Origin: a virus
Taxonomy: Duplodnaviria; Heunggongvirae; Uroviricota; Caudoviricetes
IMG/VR virus record: IMGVR_UViG_2718218309_000006
Reading direction: 5' to 3' (one strand)
DNA length: 46,234 nt
Part shown: piece after piece, positions 9,861 through 24,441 of the stretch
How positions within the stretch are numbered: position 1 is the stretch's first letter
How the letters are laid out: each line of letters begins with the position of its first letter
The notes under the pieces: generated by a model
What the model was told of the DNA's origin: nothing
The model's input: only the letters and a program-made list of their open reading frames with translations
The model's database searches: none
Made by a program: the position numbers and the translations under genes

Positions 9861-10502
9861 TTGTCGGTGTACCTCTCTCGTTTACTCAGTTGTTCAGGAA
9901 TATGGTGCAGCAGCTCACCGTCACCACAGTAAATGGCGGCATGATTCGGCACCGATGAACCAAAACAGCACAGCAGCACATCGCCCGGCTGCGCCGCTGA
10001 CAACGCCACCTGATACAGCCCTGTGGCCTCCAGATTATCCAGATAGAGATTCTGACCGTGACGCCACCAGTCATCCTCGCGATGAAAATCCGGCATCTCA
10101 ATCCCCGCCAGATGATAAGCATCCCGGAACAGTGTGTAACAGTCCGTCACACCGTGCTCAAAGCGCCGCCCGGTGAGATGCGGCACACAGCGGAACTTAT
10201 GAATCGTCCCCCGGCAGACCAGCCACCACGGCAAATCACTCCTGCACCTGCAGCCGCCGGTCGGCCTCACTCAGCCAGGGCAGACCACCGGGGTGGCTGT
10301 GGACCAGCGCCACAATCTCACCCTGCATTTCTGCCTGCAGCCAGTCTTCCGGCGACATACGGAAATACGCCTCCGGCTCACCGGAGATATTCACGCAGGG
10401 GAAATATCTTTCCCCCTCCGGCGTGCTTACCACGAAGCCGCACGACTCCGCTGGCGCACATCGCCGGGCGTGCGCCAGAATCGCTGATTCTGTCTGTGTC
10501 AT
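9758..10502 (-). pseudogene. K: Tail tip assembly protein K (JAMM/MPN + NlpC/P60) split by a +1 frameshift near 10239-10242
   Basis: N-terminal ORF 10236-10502 (JAMM motif HSHPGGLPWLSEAD) ends ...RRLQVQE-stop; C-terminal part continues in another frame from SDLPWWLVCRG; pieces sum to the 199 aa of lambda K with one extra nucleotide. Confidence 0.7.
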
Positions 10503-10507
10503 GGGAT

Positions 10508-11206
10508 TTACTGCGAAAGTTTGTTAATGGAAAGGAAGCCGCCAAAGTTGCCGACGTTATTGCGGAACTTACAACCGCTCAGGCATTTGCTGCATTTATC
10601 CTTCGTGATATCGGACGTTGGCTGGTCATATTCATCCGCGACAGCCGGACCGCTATAACCGCACTCGTCACCGCGATAGGTCCAGGTGCAGGTGTTGGCC
10701 AGCATGATACGTCCCGGAAAAACAGCGCCATCCGTTTCCGTCGGCGTGGACAGTACAAAGGAGGCACTCACCGCGCTCAGTTCGCTGCACTGCTCAATGC
10801 GCCAGCGGCTGATCACCTCCTGCTCCGGATCGGCGTAACTGTTTCCGTTGACGAAGTTCACCGCATCCAGAAAACGGGCGTAAACCTTACGCCGGACCAC
10901 CGTTCCGCCGACCAGACTCTGCATATCTTCCGCCATCCCGGTGACCATACCGTACAGGTTAGAAACCGTCAGCGTGGGGCGCGTACTGGTGCCTTTGCCA
11001 TTCAGTTCAAAACCGCTCCCCTGAATGGGATACGGCTGATACTGTCGCCCCTGCCAGGTGACCGGCTCACCTTTTTCGTTCTGCTCATTACAGAAAAAAT
11101 AACGTTCTCCACCGACCTCTGTCAGGTCGATTTCCCAGAGCACCACGCTGGCCGACTGCTCCGCACGGGTGCATTCATTCAGTGTTTCCTGCCGGATATC
11201 CTGCAT
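10508..11206 (-). CDS. L: Tail tip assembly protein L
   Basis: 232 aa, lambda L length and position. Confidence 0.9.
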   Translation of the reverse strand: MQDIRQETLNECTRAEQSASVVLWEIDLTEVGGERYFFCNEQNEKGEPVTWQGRQYQPYPIQGSGFELNGKGTSTRPTLTVSNLYGMVTGMAEDMQSLVGGTVVRRKVYARFLDAVNFVNGNSYADPEQEVISRWRIEQCSELSAVSASFVLSTPTETDGAVFPGRIMLANTCTWTYRGDECGYSGPAVADEYDQPTSDITKDKCSKCLSGCKFRNNVGNFGGFLSINKLSQ

Positions 11207-11535
11207 CAGTTCACCACCTGTTCAAACTCTGCGCTGAACTCAACACGCAACATACTGACCCGCGACGACCATTTTGCGCAGGTCACCTTTATCTGCCGCC
11301 ACTCATAAGGCGGCGTCCACAGAAAGGATTTCCAGCCCCCGTGCTCTTCCAGAAACGACTCCAGTACCGTGGCCTCCTCACGGGGGACAGAAAGCGTCAC
11401 GCTGTACGTTTTCAGGTTGGCATTCAGCCCGGCAGGCGCTCGCTGAGAATAGCCATCACCAAAGCGCACCTTTCTTACAGAAGGGACCGAAGCCACATCC
11501 ATACCGGGTTTCACTTTCCAGCGGAAGGTCTTCAT
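11206..11535 (-). CDS. M: Tail assembly protein M
   Basis: 109 aa, MKTFRWKVKPGMDVASVPSVRKVRFGDGYSQRAP... as lambda M. Confidence 0.9.
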   Translation of the reverse strand: MKTFRWKVKPGMDVASVPSVRKVRFGDGYSQRAPAGLNANLKTYSVTLSVPREEATVLESFLEEHGGWKSFLWTPPYEWRQIKVTCAKWSSRVSMLRVEFSAEFEQVVN

Positions 11536-14093
11536 CGTCCACCTCCGGAGAACAGGCCACCATCACGCATCTGTGTCTGAATTTCATCACGGGCACCCTT
11601 GCGGGCCATGTCATACACCGCCTTCAGAGCAGCCGGACCTATCTGCCCGTTCGTGCCGTCGTTGTTAATCACCACATGGTTATTCTGCTCAAACGTCCCG
11701 GACGCCTGCGACCGGCTGTCTGCCATGCTGCCCGGTGTACCGACATAACCGCCGGTGGCATAGCCGCGCATCAGCCGGTAAAGATTCCCCACGCCAATCC
11801 GGCTGGTTGCCTCCTTCGTGAAGACAAATTCACCACGGTGAACAATCCCCGCTGGCTCATATTTGCCGCCGGTTCCCGTAAATCCTCCGGTTGCAAAATG
11901 GAATTTCGCCGCAGCGGCCTGAATGGCTGTACCGCCTGACGCGGATGCGCCGCCACCAACAGCCCCGCCAATGGCGCTGCCGATACTCCCGACAATCCCC
12001 ACCATTGCCTGCTTAAGCAGAATTTCTGTCATCATGGACAGCACGGAACGGGTGAAGCTGCGCCAGTTCTGCTCACTGCCGGTCAGCATCGCCGCCATAT
12101 TCTGTGCAATACCATCAAAGGTCTGCGTGGCTGCACTTTTTACCTGCGACATACTGTCCGTGGCGCTCTCTTCCCACTCACTCCAGCCGGACTTCAGGCC
12201 TGCCATCCAGCTCCCGCGAAGCTGGTCTTCAGCCGCCCAGGTCTTTTTCTGCTCTGACATGACGTTATTCAGCGCCAGCGGATTATCGCCATACTGTTCC
12301 TTCAGGCGCTGTTCCGTGGCTTCCCGTTCTGCCTGCCGGTCAGTCAGCCCCCGGCTTTTCGCATCAATGGCGGCCCGTTTTGCCCGTTGCTGCTGTGCGA
12401 ATTTATCCGCCTGCTGCGCCAGCGCGTTCAGGCGCTCCTGATACGTAACCTTGTCGCCAAGTGCAGCCAGCTGGCGTTTGTACTCCAGCGTCTCATCTTT
12501 ATGCGCCAGCAGGGATTTCTCCTGTGCAGACAGCTGGCGACGTTGCGCCGCCTCCTCCAGTACCGCGAACTGACTCTCCGCCTTCCACAAATCCCGGCGC
12601 TGCTGGCTGATTTTCTCATTTGCTCCGGCATGCTTCTCCAGCGTCCGGAGTTCTGCCTGAAGCGTCAGCAGGGCAGCATGAGCACTGTCTTCCTGACGAT
12701 CGCCCGCAGACACCTTCACGCCGGACTGTTTCGGCTTTTTCAGCGTCGCTTCATAATCCTTTTTCGCCGCCGCCATCAGCGTGTTGTAATCCGCCTGCAG
12801 GATTTTCCCGTCTTTCAGTGCCTTGTTCAGTTCTTCCTGACGGGCGGTATATTTCTCCAGCGGCGTCTGCAGCCGTTCGTAAGCCTTCTGCGCCTCTTCG
12901 GTATATTTCAGCCGTGACGCTTCGGTATCGCTCTGCTGCTGCGCATTTTTGTCCTGTTGACTCTGCTGCTCAGCCTTCTTTCGGGCGACTTCAAGCGCAA
13001 GACGGGCCTTTTCACGATCATCCCAGTAACGCGCCCGCGCTTCATCGTTAACAAAATAATCATCCTTGCGCAGATTCCAGATATCGTCCGCTTTCTTAAA
13101 CGCGGCCTCTGCCTTAATCAGCATCTCCTGCGCGGTATCAGGACGACCAATATCCAGCACCGCATCCCACATGGATTTGAATGCCCGTGCTGTCCTGTCT
13201 GCCCAGGTTTCCAGCGTGCCCATGTTCTCTTTCAAGCGTCGGGTCTGGTCATCAAACCCTTTCGTTGCGGCCTCGTTCGCCGCCTGCAATGCCCCGGCTT
13301 CATCGCCGGAACGCTGCAACTGAGCAACATACGCAATCTGCTCCGCCGTCACGTTATGGAACTGGCGTGCCATCGCCGTCAGCCCCGACGTCGGGTCTGT
13401 GGTCAGCTTCCCGAAGGCTTCAGCGACCTTGTCCACCTCCACGCCGGATGCAGAGGAGAAACGCGCCACACTCTGGCTGATGGACGCAATCTGAGCCTCA
13501 CCGCTTACCCCCGCCTTAACCAGTGCGCTGAGTGACTCGCTGGTCTGGTTAAACGTCAGCCCTGCCGCCTGCCCGGCTCTGGACAGGACCAGCATACGAT
13601 CTGCCGTCAGTCCCGCCTGATTGCCGGAAAGGACCAGCGTTTTGTTGAAATCGGACAGGGTTGAGTTGCCCTGATACCAGGCATACGCCAGCGCTCCGGT
13701 CGCCACCGCCAGCGAGGTAGCCCCCACCATCGGCAGGGTGATCGCACCGGCAAGCCCCCGGAACATGGGGATCATCCCGCCGAAGGAGTCCTTCACCTGA
13801 CCCCCCTGTTGCAGCAGGATCAGCCACGGACTTTGCCCGCCTGCAAGCTGCGTGGCCACGTCAGTGAACTGCGCAGGCAGCATACGCATGGCGGCTTTAT
13901 ACTGCCCGACGGAAATTCCCGCTTTCTGTGCAGCCAGCGCCTGCCGGTTCATCGACTGTTCAACGACTGCCGCTGTTTTTTTCGCATCACTTTCCGTACC
14001 GGAAAAATGACGCCTGACTCTGGCCATCTGCTCGTCAAATCTGGCCGCATCCAGACTCAAATCAACGACCAGATCGCCTACCGGTTCAGCCAT
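11532..14093 (-). CDS. H: Tail tape measure protein H
   Basis: 853 aa, lambda H length; coiled-coil and Gly-rich C-terminal regions. Confidence 0.92.
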   Translation of the reverse strand: MAEPVGDLVVDLSLDAARFDEQMARVRRHFSGTESDAKKTAAVVEQSMNRQALAAQKAGISVGQYKAAMRMLPAQFTDVATQLAGGQSPWLILLQQGGQVKDSFGGMIPMFRGLAGAITLPMVGATSLAVATGALAYAWYQGNSTLSDFNKTLVLSGNQAGLTADRMLVLSRAGQAAGLTFNQTSESLSALVKAGVSGEAQIASISQSVARFSSASGVEVDKVAEAFGKLTTDPTSGLTAMARQFHNVTAEQIAYVAQLQRSGDEAGALQAANEAATKGFDDQTRRLKENMGTLETWADRTARAFKSMWDAVLDIGRPDTAQEMLIKAEAAFKKADDIWNLRKDDYFVNDEARARYWDDREKARLALEVARKKAEQQSQQDKNAQQQSDTEASRLKYTEEAQKAYERLQTPLEKYTARQEELNKALKDGKILQADYNTLMAAAKKDYEATLKKPKQSGVKVSAGDRQEDSAHAALLTLQAELRTLEKHAGANEKISQQRRDLWKAESQFAVLEEAAQRRQLSAQEKSLLAHKDETLEYKRQLAALGDKVTYQERLNALAQQADKFAQQQRAKRAAIDAKSRGLTDRQAEREATEQRLKEQYGDNPLALNNVMSEQKKTWAAEDQLRGSWMAGLKSGWSEWEESATDSMSQVKSAATQTFDGIAQNMAAMLTGSEQNWRSFTRSVLSMMTEILLKQAMVGIVGSIGSAIGGAVGGGASASGGTAIQAAAAKFHFATGGFTGTGGKYEPAGIVHRGEFVFTKEATSRIGVGNLYRLMRGYATGGYVGTPGSMADSRSQASGTFEQNNHVVINNDGTNGQIGPAALKAVYDMARKGARDEIQTQMRDGGLFSGGGR

Positions 14094-14520
14094 ACCGGAC
14101 TCCTCCTGCGATCCCTTCTGATACTGTCATCAGCATTACGTCATCCTCCGTCATGTCCGCCACATCCGGGGAAGCGGGGATAACTTCATTCCCGTCCGGG
14201 CCAAAGCGGACGCCTCCGGCAAGCCCTGCCGCTTTCTGCATCAGCACATCATCTTCAGGCTCTTCGTCAGCCTCGCGCCGGTTCAGCAGACTGAAATCCA
14301 GCGGATGCATATCCGGATCGCTGAAAAACAGGCTGAGTACGGTGTACGTCAGCCCGGAAAAGTGCATATCCAGCAGAACATCATGAAAATAATGGGTACT
14401 GTAAAAGCGGTGCCAGTCGGCATACTCCGTGGATGACATCCCGGCAAGCATGGCGCGCCAGTCGGGTCGCCCCATCTCACGCGCCAGTTTCAGGGCAAAA
14501 CTCAGCTCACCGTCGAACAC
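14086..14520 (-). CDS. T: Tail assembly chaperone T-frame, expressed as a G-T fusion by -1 frameshift
   Basis: 144-aa frame overlapping the G 3' end; slippery heptamer at its 5' end. Confidence 0.85.
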   Translation of the reverse strand: MFDGELSFALKLAREMGRPDWRAMLAGMSSTEYADWHRFYSTHYFHDVLLDMHFSGLTYTVLSLFFSDPDMHPLDFSLLNRREADEEPEDDVLMQKAAGLAGGVRFGPDGNEVIPASPDVADMTEDDVMLMTVSEGIAGGVRYG

Positions 14521-14924
14521 TTTCCCGCAGAAACAGGCTCTGCTGGCCCGGCGTCATCTGCCTGTTCAGGTGCATCATTCACAACAAACTCAGACATACC
14601 GGACAGACGCATTACCACATTTTCAGCCTGAGCAATTGCCTCTGTGGGCCAGGTGGTAAGCACTTCCTGCTCAATTTGTTTAACGGCTTCATTCATGGAC
14701 GGCATCTTTGTCTTCTGCGGATGGCTATGCCACAGGGACATCGCCACCAGAAAAGCACCGGTTCTGACGAGATCTTCCACGCTCACCTGTCGATTGAGAC
14801 TGGATCCCGCCTGTTCTGCCTGCCGTTTCATCAGGGCGAGATGCTCAATACGCTGCAGGGCTGACAGTTCAGAAAGCGTGACGGTCACACCGTTATGTTC
14901 AAATGATTCGGTTTTCAGGAACAT
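14502..14924 (-). CDS. G: Tail assembly chaperone G
   Basis: 140 aa, MFLKTESFEHNGVTVTLSELSALQRIEHLALMKRQAEQAG... as lambda G. Confidence 0.9.
   Translation of the reverse strand: MFLKTESFEHNGVTVTLSELSALQRIEHLALMKRQAEQAGSSLNRQVSVEDLVRTGAFLVAMSLWHSHPQKTKMPSMNEAVKQIEQEVLTTWPTEAIAQAENVVMRLSGMSEFVVNDAPEQADDAGPAEPVSAGKCSTVS
14520..14526 (-). promoter_or_regulatory. Programmed -1 ribosomal frameshift slippery site G GGA AAG (G to G-T)
   Basis: Minus-strand GGGAAAG near the end of G, in G frame as GCG GGA AAG. Confidence 0.8.
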
Positions 14925-14939
14925 CGCTGACTCTCCGGA

Positions 14940-15680
14940 TTAACTGGCGGTGACGTTGATTTCTGCAACCGCAGCAAGTTCACCATTACCGGATACGACC
15001 GGAATGTTGACCTTGCCTGCAGCAACACCTTTCACGGTGATGGTCATACCACTGACCGACACGGTGGCTTTTGTTTTATCCGCTGACACCGCACGGAAGC
15101 TCTTGTCGGTTGCGCCTTCCGGCTGGAATGCCACGGTCAGCGTGGTGCTCTGCCCTTTCACCACCGAGGTGCTGGCAGGCGTCACGGTCATGCCGGTTGC
15201 CGCTGTGACCGTGCTGTGATCTTCTGCCATCGACGGACGGCCCACATTGGTGACCTTCACCGTGCGGGTGATCACTTCCTTCGCCGTCACCGCCTTACCG
15301 ATACTGCTGACCCAGCCGCGGAACACATCGACCGTGCCATTCGGGAAGCGGATTTTATAGGCTCGGGTATCCCCTTCATTAAACCACGCCAGCAGCGCCT
15401 GCTGCCCCTGCTCTCCGGGCATCCACGCCAGCGTGAAGCTGGTATCTCCGGCAGATTTCTGCCCCTGCCCGGTCGCAGTCCAGTCCGCATCTTCATCATC
15501 GAGATAGCTGTCGTCATAGGACTCAGCGGTCAGTTCGCCGGGCGTCAGGTCTTTAACTTTAGCCAGACGCGACCAGTCAACGTCTGAAAGCGGGTTCGCA
15601 TAAGGGTCACCGTTCCCCTTATAAACCCACAGTGTGGTCCCGGCCCCTTTCACCGGCATTACTGGATTTGGTACAGGCAT
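14940..15680 (-). CDS. V: Major tail tube protein V with C-terminal Ig-like domain
   Basis: 246 aa from [22 protein letters not shown]; the ORF-track start at 15710 overlaps U, ATG at 15680 more likely. Confidence 0.9.
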   Translation of the reverse strand: MPVPNPVMPVKGAGTTLWVYKGNGDPYANPLSDVDWSRLAKVKDLTPGELTAESYDDSYLDDEDADWTATGQGQKSAGDTSFTLAWMPGEQGQQALLAWFNEGDTRAYKIRFPNGTVDVFRGWVSSIGKAVTAKEVITRTVKVTNVGRPSMAEDHSTVTAATGMTVTPASTSVVKGQSTTLTVAFQPEGATDKSFRAVSADKTKATVSVSGMTITVKGVAAGKVNIPVVSGNGELAAVAEINVTAS

Positions 15681-15687
15681 AGCGTCC

Positions 15688-16083
15688 TCACATTTCATAG
15701 GTAATGACATAAGTCAGATCGGCTGAACTCCACAGGCCCGCATCATCGTCGCGCCGGTAGTCATAGCCGCTGGCCACCATACTGGTGATCAAATCTGACA
15801 GTGCCGGGATATCGCTCATCACCGGATAAATCCGGGACTCCATCCACGAATCCAGCTCTGAATCCGGCACCTGAGCAGGCAGGAAAACTTCAATATGCAG
15901 CTCCGCCTGCCAGGTATCGCTGTCCAGCTCTTCGCCCGTGTATTCAGCGCCGGTGAGATAAACGGCAATTGCCGGAAAATCCGCCTCATCAAAAACAGCG
16001 GGGCGACCATCAAAAAGCGTCGCCCCGGTGTCATGCTTCTCCAGTGCATCCAGTACGGCTGCACGGAGTTCAGTATGTTTCAT
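15688..16083 (-). CDS. U: Tail terminator protein U
   Basis: 131 aa, lambda U length and position. Confidence 0.9.
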   Translation of the reverse strand: MKHTELRAAVLDALEKHDTGATLFDGRPAVFDEADFPAIAVYLTGAEYTGEELDSDTWQAELHIEVFLPAQVPDSELDSWMESRIYPVMSDIPALSDLITSMVASGYDYRRDDDAGLWSSADLTYVITYEM

Positions 16084-16658
16084 CGCTTTATTACCATTCT
16101 CAGTTGATGCTGCAGCGCATAGCCCAGCTCTTTCGGAAGACGTTCACGCCGTATCCGTTCAATATTCTGTTTAAACGCCGTGGTAAGCGGCACCGCCATC
16201 GGGATTTTCACCACATCAATGGGGTAACGGTTTTTCCCGGCCACACGCTGCATGACATGCCACCGGCCATTTTTCAGTTGCTGAATAAACGCGCCGGGAA
16301 TACGACGGTTTCCCACCACAAGCACGCTGCCGCCACCTTTCAGGGATGAACGCTGCCCATTTTTACGACGTCTGCGGCGGGAAAGGACAACCCGCGCGTT
16401 ACCCAGCTTGATTACGGGCAAATCCCCCCGGTTAACCCTGATTCTGGCCTGCGGATTTTTGACCGTGGCCCTTTTCAGCCTGGCCCTTTCCTTTACCAGT
16501 TTCCGGCGTACCTTTGTCTCACGGGCAACCTGTGACGCAGACTGCGATATCGCGGATGACGCAACGCGGTTAATGGCCATTGCGGCGGCACCAGGCACCG
16601 CCGTTTTGCTGATACGGCTGAGGTTTTCAACGGCCTGCTCAAGACCTTTTATGGCCAT
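16080..16658 (-). CDS. Z: Tail completion protein Z
   Basis: 192 aa, lambda Z length and position. Confidence 0.9.
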   Translation of the reverse strand: MAIKGLEQAVENLSRISKTAVPGAAAMAINRVASSAISQSASQVARETKVRRKLVKERARLKRATVKNPQARIRVNRGDLPVIKLGNARVVLSRRRRRKNGQRSSLKGGGSVLVVGNRRIPGAFIQQLKNGRWHVMQRVAGKNRYPIDVVKIPMAVPLTTAFKQNIERIRRERLPKELGYALQHQLRMVIKR

Positions 16659-16669
16659 ACATCCCCCTT

Positions 16670-17023
16670 TCAGCGGCGACGGTTAACGGCAGGCGGCACG
16701 CCACGCCCAAGCCAGAGATGACAGCTTCCGCCATCATCCGGCGAAATCCGGTCCACCCAGAAGTTTTCCTCGCCGATGGTCAGTGTGTCTCCACGCCGCA
16801 GCTGCCGCACATCATCAGTCCGGACAAACAGGGACGGGCTGGAGCCTTCAACGCGCACCCCCTGTCCGGCATAGCTGATATTTTCAGGGTCATCAAAAAC
16901 ACCACGTATCACAGCACCGGACAGCTCACCGGATGTCATGGTGGCTGACGTTCCCATGTACCCGCGTATCGTTTCATCGGCGCGGGCAATGGCAGCATCG
17001 AACAGGTTATCGGAATCAGCCAC
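16670..17023 (-). CDS. FII: Head-tail connector protein FII
   Basis: 117 aa, lambda FII length and position. Confidence 0.9.
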   Translation of the reverse strand: MADSDNLFDAAIARADETIRGYMGTSATMTSGELSGAVIRGVFDDPENISYAGQGVRVEGSSPSLFVRTDDVRQLRRGDTLTIGEENFWVDRISPDDGGSCHLWLGRGVPPAVNRRR

Positions 17024-17034
17024 AGCGCCTCCCG

Positions 17035-17430
17035 TTATTGCATTCTGGCCAGGCCATGTTCTGTCATTTCGGCTGCCACACCGGCAGAGACACGAAACGC
17101 CGTTCCCGGCAGCACAAATGCCACAGGCTCATCCCGCGTGGCGTGAAGTGCATCAGTATGCAGCGTCACCAGTGCCACGACCGTGACCAGAGCAGCCGTA
17201 TCAATCACGGTATCCGGCTGCGCTGATACCACCTCATTTTCATGTCCGGTCAGCGCATTTTCCGGGCTGACAGATGTGTCCTGACCGGCAGCGTCATCCG
17301 TGTCATCAAGCTCCTCTTCCAGCTCTGCCACACGGAGCACCAGTTCTTCTTTCGTCCCCGTCAGGCTGACATCACGGTTCAGTTGCTCACCCAGCACCTG
17401 AAGACGGGCAATCAGTTCATCTTTCGTCAT
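17035..17430 (-). CDS. FI: DNA packaging protein FI
   Basis: Starts MTKDELIARLQVLGEQLNRDVSLTGTKEEL; ORF-track N-terminal extension is probably not translated. Confidence 0.85.
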   Translation of the reverse strand: MTKDELIARLQVLGEQLNRDVSLTGTKEELVLRVAELEEELDDTDDAAGQDTSVSPENALTGHENEVVSAQPDTVIDTAALVTVVALVTLHTDALHATRDEPVAFVLPGTAFRVSAGVAAEMTEHGLARMQ

Positions 17431-17471
17431 GGACTCCTCCACAGAGAGAAAATGGCCCCGAAGGGCCATGA

Positions 17472-18497
17472 TTACGCCAGTTGTACGGACACGAACGCAT
17501 CAGGATCAGCCAGCAGCATCAGCGGTGCTGACTGAATCATGGTGAACTCACGCGCCGGATCGCCGGTGGTCACCCAGTTTTTCGGGTAGCGGGCAGAGGC
17601 GTTAATACCTTCGCGCTGTGCGTCCGCATCCTGAATGCAGCCATAGGTGCGCAGACCGCGTGCCTGAGTGTTCCCCAGCACCATCGTGTTGTCCGGCAGG
17701 AAGTTCTTTTTGACGTCGTTTTCCACGTACTGTCCGGAATACACGACGATCGCCGTATCGCCATACATCCCCTTATAGGACACCGCTTCGCCCAGGTCTT
17801 TTACCGCTGTCTCCAGCTCGGAATTAGAGCCGCGACGGGTATCCAGCTTCTCCTTGACGGCTTTGAAGGAACGGAACAGCGCCCAGCCTTTCGGATCAAA
17901 CACGATGATATTCACCACGCCGCTGGCGTTCAGCGCATAGGCTTCGATATCGTCGGTCGGGTCATACGTGGACTTGTCACGCTTGCTCCACTCCGTACCA
18001 CCGGACTGTGTGATGTTGTTCGCCGCACTGCGGCCCATATCCACCTCAACCGGATCGAAGGCTTCACCGGTCATGGTGTATTTGCCCTTAAGCACAGCAG
18101 AAACTGCCTGCATCTCTTCGACCTGAGCAATGGCCAGCTCTTCGTCTCGCATGTTCTGCATGATGATGCGACGACGGCGGTAAGCCGGGTCCGCCAGATT
18201 CTGCGGATCTTCATCCGGCAGGCGACGCAGGGTCATCTGCGGATTCACCTCATGCTTGGGTTTGACATATCCCGGCGTAAATTCAGAGGTGGAGCCGCCA
18301 CGGGAACGGATAACCTCACCGGAAACAATCGGCGAAACGTACAGCGCCATGTTTACCAGTCCCGGAATTTGTGAGAGATAGACTTTCTCCGTGGTGAAGG
18401 GATAGCTCTCACGGAAAAAGAGACGCAGAAACAGCGGATCAAACTTAAATTTCTGCTCATTTGCCGCCAGCAGCTGGGCGGTTGTGTACATCGACAT
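17472..18497 (-). CDS. E: Major capsid protein E
   Basis: 341 aa from MSMYTTAQLLAANEQKFKFDPLFLRLFF, lambda E length. Confidence 0.93.
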   Translation of the reverse strand: MSMYTTAQLLAANEQKFKFDPLFLRLFFRESYPFTTEKVYLSQIPGLVNMALYVSPIVSGEVIRSRGGSTSEFTPGYVKPKHEVNPQMTLRRLPDEDPQNLADPAYRRRRIIMQNMRDEELAIAQVEEMQAVSAVLKGKYTMTGEAFDPVEVDMGRSAANNITQSGGTEWSKRDKSTYDPTDDIEAYALNASGVVNIIVFDPKGWALFRSFKAVKEKLDTRRGSNSELETAVKDLGEAVSYKGMYGDTAIVVYSGQYVENDVKKNFLPDNTMVLGNTQARGLRTYGCIQDADAQREGINASARYPKNWVTTGDPAREFTMIQSAPLMLLADPDAFVSVQLA

Positions 18498-18552
18498 AAA
18501 AAAATCCCGTAAAAAAAGCCGCACAGGCGGCCTTTAGTGATGAAGGGTAAAG

Positions 18553-18885
18553 TTAAACGATGCTGATTGCCGTTCCGGCAAACGCGGTCCGTTTTTTCGT
18601 CTCGTCGCTGGCAGCCTCCGGCCAGAGCACATCCTCATAACGGAACGTGCCGGACTTGTAGAACGTCAGCGTGGTGCTGGTCTGGTCAGCATCAACCGCC
18701 AGAATGCCAACGGCAGTACCGTCGGTGGTGCCATCCCACGCAACCAGCTTACGGGTGGAGGTGTCCAGCATCAGCGGGGTCATTGCAGGCGCTTTCGCAT
18801 TCAATCCGCCGGGCGCGGTTGCGGTATGAGCCGGGTCACTGTTGCCCAGCGGCTGGTAATGGGTAAAGGTTTCTTTGCTCGTCAT
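18553..18885 (-). CDS. D: Head decoration protein D
   Basis: 110 aa from [27 protein letters not shown]. Confidence 0.9.
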   Translation of the reverse strand: MTSKETFTHYQPLGNSDPAHTATAPGGLNAKAPAMTPLMLDTSTRKLVAWDGTTDGTAVGILAVDADQTSTTLTFYKSGTFRYEDVLWPEAASDETKKRTAFAGTAISIV

Positions 18886-18894
18886 AAACATCCC

Positions 18895-20194
18895 TTACAC
18901 TGGTGTGTTCAGCAAATCGTTAACGGCATCAGATGCCGGGTTACCTGCAGCCAGCGGTGCCGGTGCCCCCTGCATCAGACGATCCAGCGCAGTGTCACTG
19001 CGCGCCTGTGCACTCTGTGGTGCAGCTGCCAGAATGCGGCGGGCCGTTTCCACGGTCATACCGGGGATTTCTGCCAGCACGCGGGCCTGTTCTTCGCGTC
19101 CGTGAGCCTCCTCACAGTTGAGGATCCCCATAATGCGGCTGTTTTCTGCCGCAACCGCAGCGGTGATCTGCGCGTTCACGTCCGGCTGCGCCGCGCTGGC
19201 GTTTTCGCCCTCCGTCGCTGGCACCACGTCAGTAACGTCAGCCTGCGAAGCAGTGGCTGAAACAGTTGTTGATTGAGTCTCTTTGGTCATTCGCCCTCCT
19301 GAGAGACGGGATTTACGTGCATCCAGTGCATCACGCATAACGGTGATCGCATCGGTGCTGTTGACAAGTTCATCAGCCAGTCCGGCATCAATGGCCTCCT
19401 GACCGCTGTACACTGCAGCCTCGGTATCCAGCACAGCCTGCACGGACAGGCCGGTATATGCCGACACCTTCTGTGCAAACATCCGGCGGGTTGCATCCAT
19501 CCGGGACTGCAATGTTTCCCGGACATCATCCGGTAGATGGCTGTAGGGGTTGCCATCCACCTTATGGCTGCCGCTGTAAATCAGCGTGATTTCCACGCCC
19601 TGTTTCTCCAGTGCAGCGCCGTAATTACTGTGAGCCATCATGACGCCGATGGAGCCTGTCCGGGCGGTCTGCGTGACCAGACGCCGGGAGGCGGCACTGG
19701 CAAGCAGCTGACCTGCGCTGCAGTTCATGTCATTGGCCAGCGCCCATACCGGCTTTATGTCACGCACACGGGCGATGATGTCAGCGCAGTCAAATGCCCC
19801 CGCCACCATCCCGCCGGGCGTGTCCATATCGAGCAGAATGCCGTCCACCATCGGATCGCTGGCAGCCTGTTGCAGACGGGCGATAATGCCGTTGTAACCG
19901 GTCATCCCCGAGTACGGCTGCAGCGCCCGCGTCCGGCTGACCAGCGTGCCGGACACCGGCAGCACGGCGATGCCGTTCATGACCTGATAACTGCGGGCCT
20001 GTCGTGGTCCGTCATCATCACCGGATAATGCCAGCGTCGCGAGTGCCTCCTGGGCAGTCAGGCTGTCGCCGGACACCGCATCCGTCAGGCGGCTGATCCC
20101 AAGCTGGCCTGCAAGCGCACAAAAGAAAACCCGCGCATAGGCGGGTTCAAGCATCAGCGGCTCATTAAAAGCCATGCTGGCAATATGCGGGAGA

Positions 20195-20214
<20 letters not shown>
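18895..20214 (-). CDS. C: Head scaffold/prohead protease C (Nu3 scaffold is in-frame internal)
   Basis: 439 aa counted from GTG (V)TAELRNLPHIASMAFNEPLMLEPAYARVF, preceded by AGGAGGAG; start codon assignment is tentative. Confidence 0.88.
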
Positions 20215-23895
<3,681 letters not shown>

Positions 23896-23921
<26 letters not shown>

Positions 23922-24441
23922 TCAGCAACCCCGGTATCAGTTCATCCAGCGCGGCTGCTTTGTTCATGGCTTTGATGATATCCCGTTTCAGGAAATCAAC
24001 ATGTCGGTTTTCCAGTTCCGGAAAACGCCGCTGCACCGACAGGGGGATCCCGTCGAGAATACTGGCAATTTCACCTGCGATCCGCGACAGCACGAAAGTA
24101 CAGAATGCGGTTTCCACCACTTCAGCGGAGTCTCTGGCATTTTTCAGCTCCTGTGCGTCGGCCTGCGCACGCGTAAGTCGATGGCGTTCGTACTCAATAG
24201 TCCCTGGCTGGAGATCTGTCTCGCTGGCCTGCCGCAGTTCTTCAACCTCCCGGCGCAGCTTTTCGTTCTCAATTTCAGCATCCCTTTCGGCATACCATTT
24301 TATGACGGCGGCAGAGTCATAAAGCACCTCATTACCCTTGCCACCGCCTCGCAGAACGGGCATTCCCTGTTCCTGCCAGTTCTGAATGGTACGGATACTC
24401 GCACCGAAAATGTCAGCCAGCTGCTTTTTGTTGACTTCCAT
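23896..24441 (-). CDS. Nu1: Terminase small subunit Nu1
   Basis: 181 aa, MEVNKKQLADIFGASIRTIQNWQEQGMPVLRGGGKGNEVLYD... as lambda Nu1. Confidence 0.93.

Noticed and set aside
10058-11308. 416-aa ORF on the plus strand
   Set aside because: Antisense to K, L and M, which are recognisable lambda tail genes; no coding signal of its own.
11274-13535. Several 100-220 aa ORFs on the plus strand
   Set aside because: All lie antisense within the tape measure gene H.
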